A stretch of 52,267 bases of DNA from Girardia tigrina (lineage: Eukaryota): positions 1 through 52,267 of the forward strand of contig MQRK01240224.1 in assembly GCA_001938485.1 (NCBI GenBank). The letters run 5' to 3'. How positions within the stretch are numbered: position 1 is the stretch's first letter; each line of letters starts with the position of its first letter. Under the pieces are notes generated by a model. It was not told where the DNA came from and ran no database searches. It saw nothing but the letters and a program-made list of their open reading frames with translations. The translations under genes and the position numbers were made by a program. Positions 27,229 to 39,836 of this stretch are shown here, piece after piece.

Positions 27229-29669
27229 ATATTACTTATTAATACGTTACAATGACGTATTACATACGTCATTTCTAAAGTAAAACATTTTGGCAATAAT
27301 TGGGAGCACAACTTCCGATAACCTAAGGTCGAAGTGATGTCGTTTCATAAACCAACAGATATCCATAAATTTTTAGCCAACTCTTAAACTTGAATACGCC
27401 TGTGTTATCGAATAAATGACTCACGTAAATTGAAATTTTGTCTTCGGAAATCTCCGTTGGTTGACCACCATTTTCATCGATTTTGAATAAAAAATAAAAC
27501 AATTATCTGCCATATGAAATATAATTAGTACATGAAAAAATTCTTGATAGTGTCAGCAATACCACGAAATCAATGAACTCACATTTTCCCTTCTTATATA
27601 GTCCGAGACATTTGATAATGTAAAACGTAAATTAAACGTTGTAAAAATGGAACAATGAAAGCGCCAAATCTTTTAATATTCCATACAATAAAATATAAAG
27701 TAGAAATATGCGGGCAAATTTATATATACAAATTAAAATTTTCAGACAGTATGGTGGAATGTTTCAAATTCTAAGAATTCCAGAGTTCTGGAATCATTTT
27801 ATTCAAAAGAAATTAGCAAGATTAAGGATGAAATATAAATAAACTAATATTTTAAATATTTAAAATATAAAAACAATAGGGGTGAAATTAAAATTTTAAA
27901 TTTATTAAAATTATTTTAAAAACCGGCATTTTTTCAAGGAAAATAATTTAATCAAAAATACAAAAATTTTAATGAATTGTTTTTAATATTAATAATTTTA
28001 ATTACAAAATAAAAAATTTATTTTTCATTAAAAACAATATTTTTTGTAAGAGATAAATGAATTAAGTGTAGGCGCCTTTTAACTTAAATAATACATTTAT
28101 TCCGTTTTATTTTTCTTTTGAATTGCTATTTCGATTTGTAATTAAAATAAAAATTTTCCAGATAATAGAAATATTTAATGAACATTAGCAGAGTTGACTG
28201 TGACCAATCAGCTAGAATCCCCGCAGCAGTATGCTGGATGGGATTCATCTTCCTCATCCTACTTATCATCCCTCTACCCCAAGAATCGACAATGTATTTA
28301 TCCAATCAACTGTAATTTGCCTTTTCATCTCAATAATGCAATGATCAACTGTTAGATCAGTTTTAAATGAATTTCAACTCGAATTTACATCGGCAATTTT
28401 TAATAATTTCAAACAGAGTCGCAAAAAGAGAAAAATTAAAGAAATAGAAAATAAAATCGCTTTCATTTTCTTTAAATAGTCTCATGTGACAGAATTTTTT
28501 AATTTTCTTAAATCGACAAAATAGTAAAAAAAAGTCAAACTATCTATAGTGGTCCCCAGAAAAAGTGGAAAATTTAAATGTTAATTGAGGTCATCCACAA
28601 AATGAGTAATTGTTGGTGTAAAGGATAATTATTGACTGTCGTTTGTTTGTAATTATTTTTTATTGTATGTGTTGACAAAGGGGACGTAGTTATACAATTA
28701 CGGCTGTCACTGTTAGTTGATCACTGGATTGCGGTTGAATGACAGAAAATCTATTCTTAATGTGGTTGACGTTGAAATTCAAGTGGAACTTAAACAACCA
28801 AATAACGACTGCTGAATGAATTTCGGTTCTCATCGGACAGATATGATTCAAATTAGAATTGGTAAAATTTAACTCATAATTAACAAGCCTATGACGTTTG
28901 ATAATTAAATCAATGAATATTTGAAAATTTAGATCGCATGTATTTATAACAATTCCTTTTTGGTTAATAAGTTTCTTTTAAAGTTTGAATATTTCTCCTT
29001 TTTCTATCGCTCATAAAAAGCGGTTAAAATTATACTCGATTAAATCCAAAATACAAAACGAATATATTATTGTTATAATTAATCATCGGCAAGTTTAGTA
29101 AATTATATGTCGACAACTTACTTTTGCATTTCGGTTAGATAATAAATATAATATAATTCAGATAACAGTAGATGACCAAGCGATTCATTTAGCTCATCTA
29201 CCTTTCAAGGATAATCTTCTTCATTTTGTTTCGAACTAACTCAAAATCAACAATTTCAGAAATGACTATAATCTTGGCACATACTTTCAATCTAGGGATT
29301 TCAGTATTAAGTTTTTTAAATCCTGTAATTCAAGAATATCTTAAGAATATCAGATATCAAATAGAAAACAAAATTTTATCTAAGTCAATAGACAAATCAT
29401 TTAGATCAATATTTATTTCCTTCCATGTATAACTTTTTAAATGAGCACATAGACACAGCAATTACTTTGATAAATAGACATTGCTACACTAAATTTGCAT
29501 TATTTTCTGTTTTACCGGTTTATTCACAAGATATACTCTAAAAAATTTTATGCACTCCTACATTGACGTATATTTTTTCAACAATTGCGTTCATCGTAAA
29601 CGCTGAATGTAAAAAGTTATACCATAGAACTAATGTATTTTTTGAAGAAGCACCCATTACCGATTTCAA

Positions 29670-29725
<56 letters not shown>

Positions 29726-30079
29726 TAAAGGAAGTATTTTGTCTTCTTATTTTCGATTATTAATATTTTTCATTAAATATACAGATCAGAGTTGTAAATT
29801 CATTATAACCATGATTAAATTAAAGAATATCTTCATTTGTAACATCGCAAAATTTCCAGAATTGTCAAAACAAAATGTAAATAAAACGAAAAAAATTTTA
29901 CGAAGAAATGTTGTCGCAAATATTATTATTCTAATTTTTTTTTACAAAAATGAAAAAATATTTATTCAAAAATCGGATAGATTTTTTGCAAGGCTGTACC
30001 TTGAAAATCGTGTATTTTATATCTGTTTTCAGAAATAAGTTATCATCAAGTCAGATCAATCACTCAAAACAATTTATTT

Positions 30080-30545
30080 ATAGTTAACGACACTGTTATG
30101 AACATTTAGACAATTTTCATTTGAATAATCATTATTATCAGATTTAGAGTCATCACAACTCACCGATAAAAATATTTAATTTCAAAAAACCTATTTATTA
30201 AAATAATTAATTTTTACCATTTCTGTATAAAAACACAACATAATAAAAATGTACTCAAATTGTGAGAAATGAATTTAGATTTAAATTTTATTAGTTTTAT
30301 CTATATATATTTAAATGCTTTTCTTTCGTTTAAAAAAATATTAAACTTGATTTTAATTGTTAATTTAAAAAATTTAAACTTATCAGATTATTATTTTAAT
30401 TATGTTCGAATAGTCAATTACTGTAAATACAAAAATATCAATTTCTATCTGAGTGGGAGAATCACCATTCTAAGTTCAACTTACTCGTATCAACAATTCA
30501 ACAACAAGAACAAAGTTTACAGCATTCATACATTCACACATTCAT
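30080..30545 (-). repeat. Unknown two-block dispersed family, copy 4
   Basis: Minus-strand block A TTAGAATGGTGATTCTCCCACTCAGATAGAAATTGATAT; block B translates LSVSCDDSKSDNNDYSNENCLNVHNSVVN. Confidence 0.6.
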
Positions 30546-30760
30546 AGAATTTAAAGTATTCCTTACAGAAACGATGAAATTTTACAGCCTAATCTTCGAA
30601 ACGTTGCACGCACTTATATTTTGAGAGGAAAACTTTGCGATGAAGTGTTCATTGACGACATGTTGAATGTCACTATATATTTAAGCCTTTGAAAAAGCTT
30701 TTTTAAAAATTATTCTTCGTAAAAACGAATCACCGATTACCAAATACTCCCCTATCTTAA

Positions 30761-31303
30761 TTTATGCCATTAAAACTATGAAAAGTGAGTTAAAATTTTG
30801 ACTTCGCCAAATAATTTATATTTTTTTGAATTTGAAAATTTGAAAAAAATAAATAAATATAAAAAGTTACAAAATTAAAAAATAATTTTTAAATAAAAAA
30901 ATAAATAATTGTATAAAACTAAAACTTTTTTACATTAATAACATTTGCTATATTTTAATAGGAAAAAATAAAAGTTTTAAAATAAGAATTTTAAAATAAA
31001 TAATAAACGGATTAAAATTTATATTATTTTTAGAAATAATTTGTTTAAAATAAAATGCTTCTTGTAAAATAAAATTTAATAGTTTTATAAATAAATTTTA
31101 ATTATTATTTAAAAATTAATTTCATTATTATAAGTTAAATTTTACAGATTAAACTAAAAGAAATTTCAATAGATGGATTTTGGCGAAATGATTAAATTAA
31201 CGAGAAATTTGTTTACATATATATGTGTACAATTTTCAATAATAAATTTTTGCGATAAATATAAATTCTGAAATTTCTGGTAATGAAAATGGCATAAACG
31301 CTA
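30761..31303 (+). mobile_element. AT-rich MITE-like element with degenerate TIRs
   Basis: TTTATGCCATT...TTCGCCAAA at the left versus TTTGGCGAA...AATGGCATAAA at the right; homologous to 3740-4315. Confidence 0.55.
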
Positions 31304-32039
31304 TTAACCAAAAATAAATAAAGAATTAATTAAAAAATTAAATTATTAAAAAATAAAAAATCAAATAAAAATATTTGATTAAATTTAAAATAAATTATTA
31401 TAAAAGGATTTTTTGAGTTTTTTCTATTAAAATATAATAAACAAATTTTTTTTGTTTATATCGAATATTTAATAAAAACTTTTTCGTTCAATTTGTGAAA
31501 AAAATGTATAAAAAATAAATAAAGAAAATCAAAAATTTATTTTAAAACAAAAAAAAATAATAATTGAACTATGTACTTGCTTTCATTGTTGTGTACTTTA
31601 AGATCGAAAATCAAATCCCCATCGAGTATCGTAAATTAGAGAATACTGAAAAAAATAATTAATTAATTAAAAAACTAAATAGAAAAGGAATTCCTTACAT
31701 TAAAAGCTTCAGATGAATCAGTAACCAATTATAAAAGCTTCGAATGTTTTGTTTTTGTGAGATTTACAGACACTAGATATCAGATGAAATTCTTAAATTA
31801 ACAAATCTTAAATAAGCATTAAATGATTAAATTGATGAATTAAAACAAATGAAAGTTAAATCAATTTTTTTTACGATTTTTGAAAAAATTCTCATTTATA
31901 TTTTATTAAATATTGAAATATTTAAGAAGAAATTTTTTCATTGACTTTCTGTAGTTTTATTTTTGAGTAAGAAGGAATAAAAATGATAAATGAATGAGGT
32001 GGACAAACGATTATTTTTATCAAGTATTATTGCAATGAT

Positions 32040-32330
32040 TTTTCGATGTATTGATTTGAAATTGTGTCTCTCCTTCCAAGATGACTGATTATTATGTTGA
32101 TTTGTATTATCTAAAAATAATTTAATCTAATTTTCAGTTTACTATTTGAATTTATTTTAAATTTTTTAATGAGTAAATCAGATTAATAATTTTATAAATA
32201 ATTAAAATTCATTTATTTAACTAACAAAATTTCTGATAATTCAAAATTACAAATATTAAACAATTGAATGATGCAAACTTAAGAAAGTTGTGTAATGATT
32301 GTTCTCAGTACAAGTCCACTTGTAATAATA
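32040..32330 (+). repeat. Unknown two-block dispersed family, copy 5
   Basis: Block A TTTGAAATTGTGTCTCTCCTTCCAAGATGACTGATTAT followed by the shared ATCTAAAAATAATTT spacer start; weak Cys-containing block B (LCNDCSQYKSTC). Confidence 0.55.
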
Positions 32331-32429
32331 GTAAAAATTAGTAAAATAGTATTTTTGATAATTATTTTTGAAATTTATTAATGTTGATTTTAATTATAGC
32401 AATGAATACTTTAAACTTTTATTATAATT

Positions 32430-32475
32430 CAGTGGTGGGCAAACTGTCGATTACGAATTGTTTGATAGTAGATCA
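32430..32475 (+). mobile_element. Isolated hAT (Charlie/Buster-like) terminus
   Basis: CAGTGGTGGGCAAACTGTCGAT...GTAGATC resembles hAT termini. A similar isolated end, CCGCGTTTCCCAAAGTG, is at about 23459. No partner TIR found. Confidence 0.35.
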
Positions 32476-33202
32476 CAGACGTTTTTTCAGATAAATTTAA
32501 AATATTTAACAATAGATTTACCTGACAAAGCATAACTTTGTCACACACTCATAGCATCAGTTCTTTCAGAAATTTTCGATTATAGATTCACCCGTTTTTC
32601 GAGGTGTTTTTCGAAGTATTTGAGAGCTTTTGTGGTAGTCAAGCAATAGATAAGAAATGAAGGAACCTATTTAAGGTAACCTTTTCTGGATTGCAAGTTC
32701 CATGATAATTGCAAAAAAATAGAATTGCTCCAATATTTTAGCAATCATTTCTGATATTTGTAATTTGTTTGAAATATATAATTAAAATTATTGTTTAATG
32801 TTGTTATTTGTTTCATAATTAAAAAAATAACATATTTAAGTTATAGTACATTTTATTCCTAAAAAACATTAATGATTTGCATAATAATACATGTTAGTAT
32901 CGGTGGTCATATCACCGAGGACAGAAGAAAGTTCATTTTAATAATTTGCAATTTTATCAACAATACACGAAATTATATCAGCACGAACAAGTGTGAATAT
33001 CCGGATATCAAAATAATAACTACGGTTAAGATAAATTCCAAATACGAACGGTTCGGGAATTTAAGCGGATGGCTTAAGTAAATAATACGATATTGTCAAA
33101 ACTGTAATCATTTCAGAATCTTTAGATTATTAGGTTTGGAATTATCTTCCATTCTAAATCAAAAAGAAATTAAGACTTGCAAAATTTATTCAAACTACCA
33201 AA

Positions 33203-34500
33203 TTGTGCAAAGATTCTTTTCGAAATTCTAACTTCATATCCAGGCTGCTCAGATAGTTAATCCACCTTAGAAACTGCGATGTAGTGTTCAGCATAAACGT
33301 AATTGCTTTATGGTCGGTACGCAAAGTAAATCGTTTACCATACAGAAAATGTCTAAAATAGTAACAAAAATAATACCTTTCAAGCAATTCTTTTCTTGTA
33401 ACACAATTACCCTTCTCGTGACTATTTATTGATCGAGATCCATAAGCTACAACTCTTTCCTTTCCTTGATCGTCCTTCTGTGCAAACACGGCTCCAATGG
33501 TGTCGAAACTAGCATCCGTATTTAGAATAAAATCTCTTTTCATGTCTGGAAAACACAATATCCGGCTTCTAATTATTGCATTCTTCATCTCTTCGAATGC
33601 TAACTTTAGCTCGCTTGTCCAATTCAGTTTTTATTGCTATTTTGCCCGCATAATTGTTCTAATACTCTAACTTTCTTTGCATACTCTTTTAAAAATTGTC
33701 GATAATAGTTACAAATGCCCAAAAAACTGCGTAAGTTTTTAACACACTTTGGCTTCGTAAACGTCGTTATTGCTTCAATCTTGGACGAGTCCGTTTTTAC
33801 ACCGTCTTCGTTAACTATATATCGTAGGAATTTGAATTCTTGTTTCAATAATTGACATTTTTCTTGGTTCACCCGCAATTCTGCTTTCCTAATATTGTCT
33901 AAAACATGATTGAAAACAATATAGTGTTGCTCCCGATCTTTTGTTTACACCATGATATCATTTAAGTATACAGTGGCACCCTTGATTCCTCCAACTTCCT
34001 TTGTCATCATCTCTAGGAAAGTTCCCGGCGCAGCCGCTATACCAAACGGCATCCGAGTAAAACAAAACTGTCTTTTCTTTGTAGAAAATGCCATTTTTTC
34101 CTGAGATTCTTTGTCCAGTTCAACATGATAATAGGCATTTCCTAGGTTAATCGAGTTTAAATACTTTGCATCCCCTAAAGCATCCAACATCTCATCAACA
34201 TTGGGCATCAGAAAAGCTTGTCTCTCCGTTATTGCATTGAAACGCTTAAAATCCAAACAGATACGAATATCCTTCTTCTCTTTTTTCCACACACAAATTA
34301 ATGGTGTGTTCCAAGGTGAATTTCTCTTCCGAATGATATTATTATCATAAAAAGTGTTTATAGTCTCGATGATTTTTTCTTCGAGATGCATTGGTTGATG
34401 ATAAGGTTTTTAATTAATTGGCTCCTCATTCGTCTTAATATAATGTTTTACTAAGCTGGTACATCCAATATATCATTTTTCAACCATGAATACTTCTGTC
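33203..34500 (-). pseudogene. Gypsy pol pseudogene (RT and RNase H)
   Basis: ORFs 33945-34391, 33624-33878 and 33190-33588 carry RT and RH motifs in consecutive shifted frames; YLDD is degraded to YLND. Confidence 0.92.
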
Positions 34501-34650
34501 TGTTTCTGAATGACCTCTAACAGTTTTGAATCTACTTTACCTATGTAATCTAACACTCTTTTTAATATCTCCCCTGACCTTATCACCCTGCCAAATTTTG
34601 CCTCGATGTTACACACACTTCATGTTCGAGATTGAAATTAAAATTAAAAT

Positions 34651-34679
34651 TTGGAATTGGAATTTAATTCCAATTCCAA
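34651..34679. repeat. Perfect 29-bp palindrome near the edge of the insertion in the Gypsy element
   Basis: TTGGAATTGGAATT-T-AATTCCAATTCCAA. Confidence 0.8.
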
Positions 34680-35689
34680 TGAATTTTATATGTATATTTA
34701 TATAAAAAAAATAACTTTTATAAAGAAAGGAAAATTATTACAAAAAAATTACTTTTGTTGATTGTTAAAAAAANNNNNNNNNNNNNNNNNNTAAAAAATA
34801 TTATATCAAAAATGTTATTTGTTATAATGTGTTAATTGTAATTAGATTTATATAGCAAATAAAAATTATACATGGAAATATCGATTTTTTAATGATTCTA
34901 ATTAAAAGATAAATTATCCATCAGAATATTGCAGAAGAAAAAATTTCAACATGCCTTGGCTTTTAACTATGGAACTTTACGTTAANNNNNNNNNNNNNNN
35001 NNNNNNNNNNNNNNNNNNNNNNNNNNNNNNNNNNNCAAAAATTAATGATAAATGCATTTAAATTGGCAATAGCAAGTCAAGCTTTTTGGAATCTGTTGCA
35101 ATCGGTTGGCAGAGATGGAAAATTGAATTTTAACTGTGATCATCCGAAAGACCTAGAAATAATACTTCGATATGCTCNNNNNNNNGAAAGAAATACGGTC
35201 CTCTTAAGGACCATAATTGAAGATTGTGAACAGGAATTTTGGGGCGCGTTCCTATGGGCCCGAACGTCGCTCAACAAAAATAATTTTGAAGTAAATAATT
35301 TTCCACTTCACGTGATACCCTTGATAAATCAATGTCTTGAGACTCGTTTCTTTGTATGTAATAACCGAAATTTTCATGAATACTGTGCCTCCGATCAGTT
35401 CTGGAACCACACTCTCCACGTCCAAACCCATAGACCTTATTCATCGTTCGCATATCCAGCTCAAATCCGATTCGGTTGGAATTATCTTCTAAGATCAATG
35501 ACATCCGGCTCCCACCAACTCCTCAATTGGTGGAGCCGAGTCGTTTGGATACGGCTTATCGTTTTTTTCTTCATTATCATCAAATGTGCGTTCTTCATCT
35601 TCGTTCATTATGTTAATTTTAAATTTCTGATCATTGTACTGCATTCTCGATCTTCCATTATCGTAAACATTATTCTGTCTGCTAAAGTT

Positions 35690-36559
35690 CATGCCACTGT
35701 TAGATGCCTATTCCGGCTACAATTTTCACAGCGTATCTCTGGACATTGAGTTCGCCTCTGTCTCTTTTTCCTGCACAAGAAACAAACCAATGTTAGGAAA
35801 GTTTCTACTGATGTACCCAGTCTCTTCACAATTCCAATACTGCACAGGTCTTCTTTGTTAGCAATTCCTGCTAAAATGTCCTACTAGATGACATGTATAG
35901 CATTTGGATTGGTTTCACCCTTGAAAGTTGTTTTCTAAGATGAGTCTGATTTACCAATTTTTTAGTTACCTCAGGAGCCCTGTTGTTTTGAACAACATCT
36001 CGATAACTTCTGAAAGTATTGATCCTGCTCTTCTTTTCGTGGTTTATTTCATCGACGAGTGCAACGAATTTAGATATTTCCTTCACACTCTTTAATTTCC
36101 GTAATTTAATTTCATTAACAACATCTTCATCATCAATGCAATGAACATTTAAGCCTTTAGCTCTTCTTCCTCTAGTCTATGCGACAATGCATTTTTTACC
36201 AGGGGATCTACATTTCTGAAAAAAATATATGCCTTATCAGCACCCTTGCGATAACTCAACAGTTTTTCCCAATCCATCGCGGCTAATCTAGGCTTCTGAA
36301 ACGCTAGTCTTAGTCGATACTCAAAATTATCAGCTTTACCAGCTGTGTTCTCATATGCTTCCAAGAGCACTTCATGTATCATAGAGTAAATACATGTTTG
36401 CCATTTCTTTTGATTAATTTCTGCGACTTCAAAATATCTTCTGCAGCGAGAAATAAATTTCTCTAGGTCTTCTCTGATCTGGAACATGTCGGGAATGAGT
36501 CGGTTCGTGATTAAATCCGCTAGCGCAGCCACCATGTTAGATTGGGAATTATCTTCCAT
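35690..36559 (-). pseudogene. Gypsy gag pseudogene with degenerate CCHC knuckles
   Basis: ORFs 36149-36559 and 35871-36086, plus WNCEETG, CFLCRK and CENCSRNRH remnants at about 35700-35850. Confidence 0.75.
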
Positions 36560-37609
36560 TCTAAATAAAAAGAAATTAAGACTTGCAAAATTTATTCAAA
36601 CTACCAAAGGTTAGATTTGTTATTTAAACAAATTTTCTTTTTTTATTTTCTTTTTTTAATTTTATTTTCCAATATTTTTTTTAATTTCGATTACATTTTG
36701 AAATTTTTAATAAACAAAATTTCCTATTTCTGAAAATTAAAAAATTAACAACAACAATCTCTTACACAGATATCGGAAAAAATTTTTAAATTTTCAGATT
36801 AAGAATTGATATTGATTGGTTCCGATTGCATCTAAATTTTCTCTCACCATGATATTTTTTTGTCATGTAATTTCTGCTGAATATTAAAACTAGCTATTGT
36901 TTACAAAAAATTAAATCTTATTTATTTTTAATAAATGATTTTAATTTTTGAGGAACTATATTATTTAAGTTTTATTTTTCTTTGCTAAAACGGTGTTTTG
37001 TTGTTTAATTTTATATAACAAACTAATTTAATTATACTTTTATTTGTCTGTTATTTTTTATTTAGTATTTTGGTAACTTATTTCTTATTATTACTTCAAA
37101 ATTTTCCACTTACTTTTCATTTCCAATAACACATTAAATTATGAATGATGTTGCACTAATCGGCTGCCTATACATTTTTATTTTTACAATTGTTATATGA
37201 AACTTATAAAATGGTGGTCCTAACATATAGATTTTAACCGAGTACGTCTAGGAACACATTAGACGTAAACTAAATTAATTTTAAGAACTCCAAGTTTTAA
37301 GTACTGATAGGTTTTTTAACATTAATCAACAATTAATTTATTTCTAATTTTAATAATAAAAAAATTTCCAAAAAATTGAAAAATTGGTTATTATTATTTT
37401 AAATTACTCATTTAATCTAAATGAACTTTAATAAAAATAAATTCAACTGGAAAGTAATTCATATTATAATCTTTACAGACGTCGTATAAATACAGGTGTA
37501 TTTGATAGAATAATTCTTCCGTAACGAATAAATGAATCGGGGAATAATAAAAAAATAAAATAATAAATATATTTGCAAAGACACGCCATTTGTTAAATTT
37601 ATTTTTTAC

Positions 37610-37648
37610 GACAATTAATTTCGACGGTATAACCGTCATCTTCAGGTC
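37610..37648 (-). ncRNA. Minimal type I hammerhead ribozyme (inverted copy)
   Basis: Minus strand GAC-CTGAAGA-T-GACGG-TTATA-CCGTC-GAAATTAATT-GTC; differs from the plus copy only at the variable core position N7. Confidence 0.75.
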
Positions 37649-37680
37649 TCAAGAAAGTTTAAAATTCATTTCTTTCTTGA

Positions 37681-37719
37681 GACCTGACGATGACGGTTAT
37701 ACCGTCGAAATTAATTGTC
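37681..37719 (+). ncRNA. Minimal type I hammerhead ribozyme
   Basis: GAC (stem I)-CTGACGA-T-GACGG/TTATA/CCGTC (stem II)-GAA-ATTAAT (palindromic stem III)-T (H17)-GTC (stem I'). Confidence 0.75.
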
Positions 37720-37903
37720 ATAAAAAATAAATTTAACAAATGGCGTGTTTTTGTTTTTAAACATAATTTGCCATTATTTTTTAATTTTTTGAATCAATAT
37801 TTGCAAAGTTTTAATTATTAGAGAAATCCCATCAAATAAACTTAACCGTATGTTTTTGTATAAGTTATAATCTTTATCTTCTTTCTGCATACATATCCAT
37901 ACG

Positions 37904-37949
<46 letters not shown>

Positions 37950-38153
37950 NNNNNNNNNNNNNNNNNNNNNNNNNNNNNNNNNNNNNNNNNNNNNNNNNNN
38001 NNNNNNNNNNNNNNNNNNNNNNNNNNNNNNNNNNNNNNNNNACTATCCCCCGTCAATTGTAAATGCGCGCCGAACTCCGAACAGGATGAGGAGCCCTTCT
38101 AAAATAAAAGAACAAAAGTTAAAATTTTAATTAATTTAATTAATAGTACTTAC

Positions 38154-38527
38154 CGTTGTCTCTTTGTAATTAGGTTTAACTGTCTGAAATCTAGACACAG
38201 TCTGATTTCGTCCTTATCTTTTTTCCAAACTCATACTATGGTGTGTTCCATTGTGAATTGCATGTCTTTATTATTCCATTTTCCTCTAGATTTTTGATTG
38301 CTTCCTCAAGTTTGTCCTCTAAGTGTACTGGCTGTCTTCTCGGTTTTATGTTTATAGGTCCCCTGTTGTTTCTATTATGTGTCGTAACAAGTTTGTACAG
38401 CCGATAATCCCAGTCATTTGCCATGAATATGCCTTGATATTGGTGAATTATTTCTTCTAGGGCTTTATCGTTTCACGTATCTATCATTTTCAATGCTTCT
38501 TTTCCTCTTTCTTCGTCTGTGATTCCT
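38154..38527 (-). pseudogene. Second Ty3/Gypsy RT N-terminal fragment
   Basis: GPINIKPRRQPVHLEDKLEEAIKNLEENGIIKTCNSQWNTP, then VWKKDKDEIRLCLDFRQLNLITK; paralogous to 34230-34430. Confidence 0.85.
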
Positions 38528-38528
38528 T

Positions 38529-39791
38529 AAATTATCTTCAAAATAACTTATTAAATGTACTAGTTGTGGTGGATAATCTGCAACAAGTTCGTTAAAAGCA
38601 TCAATTACCTCATTTATTAGAATAAAAGCTCATGCAAGGATCATCTTTATTGATTTACAGATATTCTCGTTCTGCACATATGACATTTTTAATCCTTCAT
38701 CCTGTATTTTTCTCCAAAGCGATTTTCCTAAATGAAAGTAACAGCCATAAATTAATGTTTCTAAAAATCCTTCTGTTATGGCATTTTTAGAAGCTATTTT
38801 AAAATCTATTTGAATACTTATAGGAGAAAGTTCGTGCATTAAAAATTTGATTTGTCTTCACATTTCACGATAAGTTGATTGTTGCTTATTTGGAAGTAGA
38901 ACAAATACACAGGATAATAAATTGTTTCTTATTAAAACATGTATTGGGAAAACTTGATAAGACAATCTTTGGGATACTTTGAATGTTCCATCAAACATCC
39001 AGTGCTCATATTCATGCAACCGTTTAAAAAATTGATTATTACTGAAAATAATAATCCTGTTATAATCCTTTTAACATTGACTACTATCATATAATAAAAA
39101 TGGTCGTTGATTTATAGTAAATTTCAAATTTAGAGGAATCACTAATTCTCTGAAACTGGTAGGGACTAAAGGACAATTGAAGTTAGCTTTTCTCTTCTGT
39201 CGAATGATCTCACGAAAATTCGCTACAGAACTTAAAGCTGATGAAATTTCCTGATTAACTCCGGCCAATGCATTTGGTACAAACATGTTCTATTTTTCAA
39301 ACTCCCACTTCCATTGGATTTGGAGGATGTGTATGGGTACCAGTAATTACCGGTGGCTCTAGCTGTTCTCGAAATTGAAAACATCTAATTAGGGGACCCT
39401 TACATCCCACATTTATACATCTCCAATTAACTGTCCTTGATTGAATTTTATCTCTTTTATATAAGAATCCTTCAAAATTGATCAATTCTCCTCCTTTTCT
39501 CGATTTAAGAAATTCCATATTAATAGTAACTAAAATATATTTAAATTTGCAAAATACATTTTTAAAAATACTTTTTTTGAGATAAAATATTTAAATTTAT
39601 AACACTTATAACTAATAGTCATTTTTAACAAAAACTTTAATATTAAAATACTTTTTTATATTTTGAATATTTAAATTAAGAAAATCTCTATTAAATATTA
39701 AAATATTTTTTGCAAAATACTTTTTATATTTTGAATATGTCGCTATTTTGTATGTGTCGCTATTTTGAAGTTGCTATTTTGACTGTATTCC

Positions 39792-39792
<1 letters not shown>
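38529..39792 (-). mobile_element. Mutator-like (MULE) transposon with FLYWCH and MULE transposase pseudogene, 3'-truncated
   Basis: ATG at 39518; FEGFLY..WRC..CKG..HTH (FLYWCH); WMFDGTFK, LLPNK, IDF, GCYFHLGKSLWRKIQ, YFEDN. The 5' terminus CGGAATACAGTCAAAATAGC with repeated CAAAATAGCGAC units abuts a (TA)n tract. Confidence 0.92.

Positions 39793-39836
<44 letters not shown>

Larger units (their letters stand above)
33138..36608 (-). mobile_element. Degraded Ty3/Gypsy retrotransposon (PBS-gag-PR-RT-RH, integrase missing) with an unrelated insertion at about 34620-35180
   Basis: Minus-strand order: TGGTAG PBS-like site, gag, Zn knuckles, protease remnant, RT (SPWNTP, ICLDF, MPFG, YLNDI) and RNase H (LNTDAS, AYGSR, LRTDHK). 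Confidence 0.9.
37581..37748. repeat. Long inverted repeat (77-bp arms, 14-bp spacer), probably an inverted Penelope pseudo-LTR pair
   Basis: 37581-37657 versus 37672-37748, two mismatches. Confidence 0.9.

Noticed and set aside
26255-27272. 15-bp repeat GTATTACATACGTCA flanking the Gypsy remnant, second copy inside an AATGACGTAT-TAC-ATACGTCATT hairpin
   Set aside because: Too long for a Gypsy TSD and not flush with the LTR end; probably chance or a piece of another element.
28549-28720. FN3-like words VPRKVENLNV and GRSYTITAVTVS
   Set aside because: Short matches separated by several stops; not enough to call.
35045-35749. 234-aa plus-strand ORF
   Set aside because: Largely antisense to the Gypsy gag/protease region and it crosses an N gap.
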